A program made the position numbers and the translations under genes. The notes under the pieces were generated by a model, which worked only from the letters and a program-made list of their open reading frames with translations, had not been told where the DNA came from and did not search any database. Positions 28,931-37,316 of a stretch of DNA of 64,000 bases are shown piece by piece. The stretch spans positions 416,001 to 480,000 of the forward strand of contig CAWKMU010000003.1 in the NCBI GenBank assembly GCA_963850905.1. The letters are read 5' to 3'. Every line of letters begins with the position of its first letter. Position 1 is the stretch's first letter. The stretch is from an uncultured Gemmatimonadales bacterium. Lineage in GTDB: Bacteria; Gemmatimonadota; Gemmatimonadetes; Gemmatimonadales; Gemmatimonadaceae.

Positions 28931-29733
28931 TTAACCTATGGTCACGCCGACGCGCGGCCTGCGCTCTGGATGGGCGCCGGTGCGTGAGCCGTGACGGAAG
29001 GGATCATAGAGATCCTCATCGCGCACACCTATGGATCGCGCGAGGGCGAGCGGCCACGCGATGTCCCCGACGCCCTCCGCGGTGTGTCCGTCCGAGCCGA
29101 GCGACAACCGCACCCCCGCTGCGTGCGCACGCTGCACGAATCGCTCGTGCGGACGGTAGCGATTCGAGATCTCGAACGCGATGCCACGGCCACGCAGCGC
29201 CGCCACGGCGCGGGCTTCCCGTGCTTCCGTCCAGAGAGACTCGAGCGGCAGCGCGCGCAGCGGGACCGGGAGCAAGGTCGGGATGCGCCAGGATGTCGAC
29301 GGGCATCTCGATCGCGAATTGCTCCAGCGCTGCCACATGGAAATCCATGTACAGCATCGGCCGAGAGGCCTGCCGGCAGCGGACCGTGAAACATGCTGAC
29401 CATCACCTCGTCGACCGGGATCGCGTGTAGTGAACCAAGGCGATGCGTGAATCGGCGCACGACGGCGGGCGGCAGCTCCCGCCACAGGAGGTCGTGCCAA
29501 CAGCACTCACCGCCGATCGCAAGATCGTCATCACCGAGCGCCTCGAGTGCGTCGAGATACTCCGTGATCCGCTCGATCGAGGTCAGACCATGGGTGGTGT
29601 CGTGCGTCACATGATCGGAGATCGACGGTCGCACCCCCCGCGCGCGGACGGCGGCGACGAGCGCTTCAGGCGACAGGTCCCCGTCGGACCACGTCGTATG
29701 CGCGTGGCAATCGCGTGGCTGCCACGCGCGCAC
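28931..29733 (-). CDS. PHP domain phosphoesterase, frameshifted
   Basis: DCHAHTTWSDG, ISDH, GSLH, ILAHP, FEISN, LGSDGH in successive frames. Confidence 0.8.
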
Positions 29734-29739
29734 GCAGCG

Positions 29740-32256
29740 TCATGGCCGCCCGGCGGGACGCGCACCGTTGGGCGGCACGCGCACGCCCACGGCTGCCGGA
29801 GCCGCACCAGCCGGCGGAGTATTGGCTCGCGCACTTGGCGGCGGACTCGCCGTGCTCGGATGTGCGGGAGTCGCGTTTGGCGCAGCCACCGCCGGATAGC
29901 TGCCTCCGGCCGGCGCAGGCGCCTGCCCCGGCGCCGCGGCGATTGGGGCCGGAGGGCCACCACTGACGGGCATCTCCATGTGCAGCGTGTCGCCGACACT
30001 CGTGTCTGCCGCCGTATGGAGCGTGCACGGCTCCACGGGCTCGGTCCCGGGGATGTACCACTCGGTGTACACCACAGCTCGTTGGACAAAACTGGTTGCG
30101 CAGCATGCCGGTCGTGCGGTCGATGTCGCGCGCGACTAAGTCCTTCAGGGCGCGGCCAATCAGGTGGCGGCGGCTTCCGACGATAGACCTCGGTCATGAA
30201 GGCCGTCCACGCCGGTCCGGCGAGTCGCCCGCCCTGCGCATCGTGCATGATCTTCACCGGACGGTCCATTCCCATCCACACCCCGGCGACGAGATCGGCC
30301 GTGTACCCGATGAACCACACATCGTTGTAGTCGTTCGTCGTGCCCGTCTTGGCTGCGGCTGGCAGGTGGAATCCCGCGGCCCAGACCGATCCGTAAGCGG
30401 TGCCGTGCTGCACGACATCCTTCATCATGTCGACCATCTCCCACGCTTCTTCTGGCGAGAGGACAGGCGTGACGGTCGGCGCGGGCTCCCAGAGCACGTC
30501 GCCCTTGGCGTTCTCGACCCGGGTGATCGCCATCGGCGTGCTACGCGAGCCGAGCGTGGCGAACGCGGTGTATGCCGAGATCAGCTCCAGCGGATAGACG
30601 CCCTCCGAGCCGATGTAGATCGACGGATAGGGATGGATCGGCGTCGTGATGCCGAATCGCCGGGCCTCGTCGATCACGCTTTCCGGTCCCGAGCTCCATG
30701 CCGACGCGGATCGCGACCAGGTTGCGCGAGAGATACAGGCCGCGCCGCATCGTCATGACACCCTGAAACGTCCCGTCATAGTTTTGCGGCGCCCAGGTCG
30801 TGCTGTCGGGCTGCGGCACCTCCAGCGGCGAATCGTCGACCATGTAGGACGGCGGGCGGCCATTCTGGATCGCGTCGGCGTACACGATCGGCTTGAACGT
30901 CGATCCCGGCTGGCGGAGCGCCTGCGTCGCTCGGTCGAACTTCGAGTCGTCGAAGTCGCGCCCGCCCACCATGGCGCGAACCGCACCCGTTCGCGGGTCG
31001 AGCGCTACGAAGCACCCTTGCAGATACGGCGACACGGCGGCGCCACTCGGCTCGCCCGCCGACGCGTTGCGCGCGACGTAATCCTCGTAGCGTCTCGTGC
31101 GGGAACTTCCCGTACTTCCCGCCCTCGATCGCACGCAGCTGCTGCTCCAGCGCGCGCTCCGCGGCAGTCTGCATGTCGGGATCGAGCGTCGTGTACACCT
31201 TGAGCCCCTGCTCGTACAACTGCCGCCCGAACTGCGCGTCGAGCTGCTGACGAACCCATTCGACGAAGTAGGGTGCGACCTCGCCGCCGCCGGCCGGCCC
31301 CTTGTGAGCCAGCTGCAATGGGTAGGCGCGCGCCAGGCTCGCCTCGGCGTCGCTCACCGCTCCGGCACGGCGCATGAGCTCGATCACCGTGTTGCGTCGT
31401 GTAATCGCCCGTTCTGGATAGCGTCGCGGATTGTAGCGCTCGGGCCCCTTCGGCAACGCGGCGAGTGTCGCCGCTTCAGCGAGGTTGAGCTCGCGCGCGG
31501 ACTTGCCGAAATACTGCTGCGACGGCCGTCTCGACACCGTATGCGCCGTTGCCGAGATAGATCTGATTCAGGTACAGCTCGAGAATGCGATCCTTGGAAT
31601 ACTGGCTCTCGATCTCGCGGGCGACTTTGGCCTCTTTGAGCTTGCGGACCAGGGTCTTCTCCCGGGTGATCGTCTCAGGGAAGAGGTTACGGGCGAGCTG
31701 CATCGTGATCGTCGAGAAGCCCTGCGCGTACTGCCGCGCGATGACGTTGCGCGCCGCTGCGCCGACCACGCGCGTCCAGTCGATGCCGTGGTGCGAGAAG
31801 AACCGCTTGTCCTCGGTGATGACGAACGCGTTGCGAACCGGCATCGGGATCTCGGCCAAGCGTCAGCAGCGTCCGCCGCTCCAGTCCCAGCTCAGCCAGG
31901 AAGCTGCCGTCGGCGGCGTACAGCTTCGACGTCTGCCGCGGCTGATACGTGTCGAGGACATCGACGGCCGGACAGCGGCCGCTGTCGCAGACAAGCGACC
32001 ACGCCGCGAACACGAAGCCGGCACCGAACCCGCCGGCCGCGATGAGCGACAGCGTGACGGTTCGAGCGAGACGCGGGCGCAGACGCCACCACGCGACCGC
32101 GGCCGCCAGCCGCCGGCGCAGCCCGCGACCCGATCGCCGCCCGCGCGCGGCGGGATCGTTTGACGGCTGTCGGAAGCGGTTGCCAGCAGGCCCGCGGTCG
32201 GATCGACCGGCTCGCCCGGAGGCGCCCGGTCCGGACGGGTTATAATTTGACGGCAC
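29740..32256 (-). CDS. PBP1A family bifunctional transglycosylase/transpeptidase, multiple frameshifts
   Basis: EDKRFFSHHG, GFSTITMQLARN, RKLKE, RQPGSTFKP (SxxK), SRN, KTGTT. Confidence 0.9.
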
Positions 32257-32267
32257 GCACGAATCGC

Positions 32268-33176
32268 ATGGGTCTCAAGAAGATTACGACCCGGCGCAGA
32301 GCGCGGCAACGAACTGACACACTGGTCGAGGTCTCTATCGAGCCGGATCTGCTTCGCATCCCGGTGGGTCCAGGCGCGCTGCACGTCGAGCGCTACGGAC
32401 ACGGGGGACTGCCGATCCTGCTTCTGCATGGGTTCGGCACGTCGAGCTTCCTCTGGCGCAACGTCGCGCCCGAGATCGCCGCCGCCCGACACACTGCGAT
32501 CGCGCTCGACTTGCTCGGGTATGGTGAATCCGACCGTCCGCTCGACACGGATTTCGGGATCGCAGCGCAGACGGAGTACGTCGATCGCGCGCTCACCGGA
32601 TTGCGAGTGCCCCGAGCCAATGTGGTCGGCGTCGACCTCGGCGGAGCCGTGGCGCTTCGGCTCGCCGCCGTCAAGCGTGATCGCGTCTCGCACTTGATTC
32701 TCGTCAACACGTTGACGGCTGACTCGACGCCCGCCGACGATGTGCGCGCGTTGCAGCGGAACACTGCGCGTTTCGTCCTGCGCGTCGCGACCGGCATTCT
32801 TGGCGCCGCGCCACTGCTCCGGCCCGTCCTCGAGGGCAGCGTGGCCGACCGCGCCCATATGCCGTGGCGACTCGTGGCGCGCTATCTCGCTCCCTACGTC
32901 GGACAGGACGGCGTGCGCCATCTGTTGGCGCTCGCGGCGTCCGTGTCAGCGCAGGACCTGGACGCGGCACCCGCGACTGCGGTGCACGCGCCCACGCTCG
33001 TCATCCGGAGCGAAGCGGACCGATGGCTCGACGACGGTATCGCCCAGAGCCTGGCTGCCGCCATTCGGAATGCACGACTCGTGCGTCTCCCCGGCGTCGG
33101 CCGACTCGTCCCCGAAGAAACGCCGGAGCAGTTGGCCGGGTTGGTGCTGGATTTCGTGGAAGGACGCGGGGTGTGA
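32268..33176 (+). CDS. Alpha/beta fold hydrolase
   Basis: LLHGFG, DLLGYGESD, GVDLGG nucleophile elbow; Arg in place of the usual catalytic His (GVGRLVPEE). Confidence 0.8.
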   Translation: MGLKKITTRRRARQRTDTLVEVSIEPDLLRIPVGPGALHVERYGHGGLPILLLHGFGTSSFLWRNVAPEIAAARHTAIALDLLGYGESDRPLDTDFGIAAQTEYVDRALTGLRVPRANVVGVDLGGAVALRLAAVKRDRVSHLILVNTLTADSTPADDVRALQRNTARFVLRVATGILGAAPLLRPVLEGSVADRAHMPWRLVARYLAPYVGQDGVRHLLALAASVSAQDLDAAPATAVHAPTLVIRSEADRWLDDGIAQSLAAAIRNARLVRLPGVGRLVPEETPEQLAGLVLDFVEGRGV

Positions 33177-33233
33177 ACTGCGGGGTCTGGGGTTGGGGTA
33201 TGGGAACGACCGCGCAACGGCCACAAACGACAT

Positions 33234-33374
33234 GGGCGGCCTGAAGGCCGCCCCTACATGTCGGTGTAGACGGCGAGGCCCCAGCGCGCGGTACTAACGA
33301 TTCTCATTACCGGTCGACGAGTCCAACTCCGGCGCTGCCCGCAGCAACATGTAGGGGCGGGCTTCAGCCCGCCC
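33234..33374. repeat. 141-bp REP doublet (REPIN-like), copy 2, inside degenerate G-rich/C-rich arms (33175-33430)
   Basis: REPs at 33234-33257(-) and 33351-33374(+); spacer aligns with copy 1. Confidence 0.85.
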
Positions 33375-33438
33375 GCCTTTTTGCGGTGGTCATGGTCGTT
33401 TGCCAAACCCCCGACCGCACCCGCCGTTAAGCCGTACC

Positions 33439-34155
33439 TCACCGCCTGTTCGCCACCGGCAACCCCAGCGCCCCATTCAACCAGCGCACCAACGCAATCG
33501 CCGGCCGGTACGCGCGGCCAAGCCAATCGGGCAGGTCGGCGCGTCGCAGCGCCGACGCCGGGATCGCCCGACTGACGGTGAAGGAGCGATAGCGCAGCCA
33601 CTCGGCCGCGGGATGGTCCGCAGGGTAGCCGCGCGGCGGTCGCGCCAGCACGGCCTCGTCGCTCAGCTCACCGTACGTGCGGCGCGCGCCGCGCCGAACC
33701 TTCTCAAATCCGGCCAGATCCTGGCTCAACGCCGCACGGATGCGTGTGAGCGCAGGCGTCGGCGGCATCCACATGCCGGCTGCCACGATCGACGCGTTGG
33801 GCTCGAGATGGAAGTAGAGGCCAGCGCCTCCATGGACGGCCGCCCCACCTCCCGGACCCAACGCTCGGTGGCCGATCCAGAACGCCGCGTGAGTCTTGTA
33901 CGGCGACTTGTCCTTGGAAAACCGGACGTCACGATAGATGCGAAAGACCGATCGTTTGCGGTCCGCGACCAGCTCCGGCGCAAGCAGTGCGAGGCGCACG
34001 TCCACCTCGTCGAGCAGGGCAAGGAGTGGCTGCAGGACCTCGCCGTCGTAGGTCTCGCGCTGCGCTTCGAACCAGTCCCGGCGATTGTTGCGCGCGAGGC
34101 CACGGAGAAAGCGAAAGGCGGCGGGGCGAAAACCCGAAAATTCGGTACTGGACAA
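33439..34155 (-). CDS. DUF2461 (TIGR02453) family protein
   Basis: FLRGLARNNRRDWF, FRIYRDVRFSKDKSPYKT, LYFHLEP, PRGY; TTG start inferred. Confidence 0.88.
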   Translation of the reverse strand: MSSTEFSGFRPAAFRFLRGLARNNRRDWFEAQRETYDGEVLQPLLALLDEVDVRLALLAPELVADRKRSVFRIYRDVRFSKDKSPYKTHAAFWIGHRALGPGGGAAVHGGAGLYFHLEPNASIVAAGMWMPPTPALTRIRAALSQDLAGFEKVRRGARRTYGELSDEAVLARPPRGYPADHPAAEWLRYRSFTVSRAIPASALRRADLPDWLGRAYRPAIALVRWLNGALGLPVANRR

Positions 34156-34364
34156 ACCGTCCGTCCCTCGTGTGTCAAGAAGTGAGGACGCAGTAGCAAA
34201 CTGTAGAGACGCAGCGCGTTGCGCCACTCGTGCGTATACAAAAAGGTGACCAATGTCGATCGGCCTTTGTCCGCCTCGCCACTTCAGGGATCGGTTACAG
34301 CGAAGGGCCGATCGGCCGATTAAATTGCGTGTGCTGGACGTTGTCTTTACACCCACGGAGTGAC

Positions 34365-34640
34365 ATGGCTAGGCAGAGAAATCGACGGCTCCACGACGTC
34401 GCGCAGCCGACAGCATTCGAAGAGGCGCGCGACGAGCTGTTTCAGCAGATCATGCAGTGCGGCGTCATCGGCGCGGATCCCGAGCACCAGACCGACTGGT
34501 TCCAGGACACAATGGCGTACATCTCGGACCGATATCCCGAGTTGTCGCCCACGCAGCTCGCTGAGCTGCGAACGCTTGGCGATCGATTCGTTCAACCGCC
34601 CAAGCGACCGACCGCCGAGGTCGGCAGTAGCGCAGCGTAA
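34365..34640 (+). CDS. Small hypothetical protein
   Basis: GGAG RBS, coding-like codon usage, followed by a terminator. Confidence 0.75.
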   Translation: MARQRNRRLHDVAQPTAFEEARDELFQQIMQCGVIGADPEHQTDWFQDTMAYISDRYPELSPTQLAELRTLGDRFVQPPKRPTAEVGSSAA

Positions 34641-34645
34641 CGTGC

Positions 34646-34680
34646 CGGGCGGCCTTCCAAAGCCGCCCGCTCTTTTTTTT
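34646..34680 (+). terminator. Rho-independent terminator
   Basis: CGGGCGGC-cttccaaa-GCCGCCCG followed by CTC and T8. Confidence 0.75.
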
Positions 34681-34688
34681 CCGGCGGA

Positions 34689-35162
34689 CTATCGCCGACG
34701 GCTGACGCGGCGAAGCACAACGCCGACGCGCACGCCACCACCAAGTCCGACTTCCACGGCCGGCACGATCCCGGCCTTGGCCGGCGCGTGCACCCCGAGC
34801 GCGATGAGGAGGTAGAGCGCCCCCCGGGCGCCCCGATCGGCGCGGTAGGTCATCCCTCCCACCAGATACGGGGCCCAATGTGCGTCGCCATCCGCGTCGA
34901 GATGGATGCGGCCCGTGACGTCGAGGCTCGCACTCGGTTCCAGTGTCCGCCCAGTCACGACCCCGAGCCCCACGTCGGCGCCCAGCCACAGGAAATCGCC
35001 GGTCTGTAGCGCCGCGCCACCCCCCAGCTGAAACGCAGTCGACTGCGCCACGATCGCGTCGGCTCGCACCTCCGGCGCGAGTGACGGCCCCGCCGCTTGA
35101 GCGCCGGCGCACGACACGCGTATCGCGGCCGCGAGACTGAACGCGGCGGCAGTGCGCCGCAT
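34689..35162 (-). CDS. Hypothetical secreted/beta-barrel-like protein (start uncertain)
   Basis: Signal-like N-terminus, WAPYLVGG, VEVGLGGGVRVGVVL strands. Confidence 0.55.
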   Translation of the reverse strand: MRRTAAAFSLAAAIRVSCAGAQAAGPSLAPEVRADAIVAQSTAFQLGGGAALQTGDFLWLGADVGLGVVTGRTLEPSASLDVTGRIHLDADGDAHWAPYLVGGMTYRADRGARGALYLLIALGVHAPAKAGIVPAVEVGLGGGVRVGVVLRRVSRRR

Positions 35163-35419
35163 CAGCCCAACGACACGGCGCACACCCCGCGCAGCACGTC
35201 CCACAGGCGCACGCATGAGGGCCAATCCTACCGAGGCCCTCATTCGCTTGCCAATCACGATGCTCTCGGCCTACCTTGACCGCGACTGCGCTGCCGGCCG
35301 CATCCCCGCGCCCGCGTTCATGCGGCCGCTTCGCATCTCGCCGCAGGTGCACCCGTGCCGCTTTTCGACCCAGCGGAGCGTCCAGTCGCTCAGCGCGTCG
35401 GTGTTCGCTCGAGCGACCC

Positions 35420-35779
35420 ATGAACACCAGGCCGTCGCCCGGCCCGGCCTTCGCGCATCTGCTCGTCGACTTCAAAGGGGCCAACGAGTCCCAGTTGCGC
35501 GACGTGACGCTGCTCAGCGGCCTCCTCATCGCCGCGGCCAGCGGCGCAGGCCTGACGGCCCTCGGGCCACCGATCGTCAGGCAGTTGCCGAACGGCGAGC
35601 TCGGGGCCGTCCTCCTGCTCGAGCGCTGCCACATCGCGGCGCATAGCGTGCCGTCGCGCGGCATCCTCCTGCTCGACGTCCTGGCCGCGCATCCCGCCGA
35701 CGCCCGCAAGGCGGTCGACGTCTTCGCCCGTCGATTCGCCCGGGCCACGATCCGGATCGAGGAGTTGGCGCGCGGATGA
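35420..35779 (+). CDS. S-adenosylmethionine decarboxylase (SpeD)-like protein, divergent
   Basis: HLLVDF, LLLERCHIAAHSVP (cf. LAESHISIHTWPE), LLDV, terminal LARG. Confidence 0.7.
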   Translation: MNTRPSPGPAFAHLLVDFKGANESQLRDVTLLSGLLIAAASGAGLTALGPPIVRQLPNGELGAVLLLERCHIAAHSVPSRGILLLDVLAAHPADARKAVDVFARRFARATIRIEELARG

Positions 35780-35813
35780 CGAGAAGTGGTCGTCGGGAGT
35801 CAGTACATCACTC

Positions 35814-37316
35814 ATGTTGAGTTTTGCTGTCCTGACCACGATCACGATGCTGTGGGACGTCATGCAGGCAGGATCTATCGCCCAGCAGCGACGCACGCCG
35901 CCGGCGCTGGGTGTGTTGGCGGGCATCTCCGTCCTGCTGGCCGCGCCGGCACTCCTCATCGCGGTCGCGACCGGATCCGCCATCACCGGGTCTTCCGTCG
36001 CTGGAGTCGCCTGGATCTGGCCAGCCACCACTGCCGTGTTCATCGCGGAATCGATGTACGCGACGCTGCGGCGCCTGGTGACGCCGTTCGTCGGCGTGCC
36101 GATCGTGCTCTACAACGGTCTGCTCTTCGCGATCGCCACGACCCGCTACGTCCAGGCCAAGGCGGGGGTACCGCCCGACTGGGCGCTCGTCCTCGGCGCC
36201 GTGCAGACCGATCTCCTCGGCACGGTCGTCGGCCCCATCGTTCTCGCCGCGCCGTGGGCGGTGCTCGTACCGCTGATCGCGCCCGCGTTCCCGACGCGCC
36301 GTCCGGCCGCACGCGCCATGCGAGCCGCGGTCGCACTGTTTGCCGCAGGCTGCGTCGCTGCGTTCGCCTATCGCTGGCCGGCGGCTGAAAGCGCCGTGCG
36401 AAGCTACGATCGGTATCTGGCGGATCCACTGCAGGAACGGCCAGCGGGCGACTTCGCGATCGGCCTCCGCATCCTCCCACCGCTGGACGGTATGCCCCCT
36501 GCCCTGGCGCTGCGCTCCGACCTGGCGCTGGTCGATACGATCGGGGCTGAAGCCGTAAGTGTTGTGATCAACCCCGACGGCGTGCGCCCCACCGTGCTGG
36601 ATTCATTGGCGCGCGTGCTGGATCCCCTTCGGCGGGACAGCACGAGCGTGTTCGTCACGCTGGGCTCCCCGTGGAACGCGGCCCGGAGCTATCGCGCGGC
36701 GCCGTCGCGCTACGACGCCAACCGATTGAGCCAGTTGCGCCGCATCGCCCGCCGCCTGCACCCGGACTACCTGCTCCCTATCGACGACGGCGCACGCACC
36801 GAGCCCGATGTGGGGGCTGCCCTCCTGGTCCGGACGCGCTACCTCGCCGCGGCCGCCGACTCGATTCATGCAACAGACCCACACATCAAGGTGACGGTGG
36901 CGTTGTCGACGCTCAATGAACGGGACAGCGCACTCTATGCGTGGGCGTCCTCACCCGGCTCACCGATCGACGCGATCGGCTTCGCACTCTACCCCTCCTT
37001 CACCGGCGCCGGCGCGCTCAATGTGCAGATGCAGACGGCGGACCGCTGGATGCAGCACGCGATGCCACCGCTCAAGGAACACTGGGTGATCACGGCCTCT
37101 GGCTATCCGGTCGCCCATGGCGAGGAATCCCAGCAACTCGCGATCTGGGGATCTCTCGCGTGGGGAACGAGCCGCGGGATCATCAAAGGCGTCATCGTGG
37201 CGGACGCAGCGGACTACAACGACATCACCGGCCTGCGGGCGCCGAGCGGCCGGTTGAGACCGGCCGCCATCGCCGTCATGCGAGCGGCGCAGGAGCTGCG
37301 AGAGCGGCGGGATTGA
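35814..37316 (+). CDS. Membrane protein with C-terminal glycoside-hydrolase-like domain
   Basis: About 6 hydrophobic helices, then a soluble domain (LHPDYL, IDAIGFALYP, EHWV..GYP, GLRAPSGRLRPA). Confidence 0.6.
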   Translation: MLSFAVLTTITMLWDVMQAGSIAQQRRTPPALGVLAGISVLLAAPALLIAVATGSAITGSSVAGVAWIWPATTAVFIAESMYATLRRLVTPFVGVPIVLYNGLLFAIATTRYVQAKAGVPPDWALVLGAVQTDLLGTVVGPIVLAAPWAVLVPLIAPAFPTRRPAARAMRAAVALFAAGCVAAFAYRWPAAESAVRSYDRYLADPLQERPAGDFAIGLRILPPLDGMPPALALRSDLALVDTIGAEAVSVVINPDGVRPTVLDSLARVLDPLRRDSTSVFVTLGSPWNAARSYRAAPSRYDANRLSQLRRIARRLHPDYLLPIDDGARTEPDVGAALLVRTRYLAAAADSIHATDPHIKVTVALSTLNERDSALYAWASSPGSPIDAIGFALYPSFTGAGALNVQMQTADRWMQHAMPPLKEHWVITASGYPVAHGEESQQLAIWGSLAWGTSRGIIKGVIVADAADYNDITGLRAPSGRLRPAAIAVMRAAQELRERRD

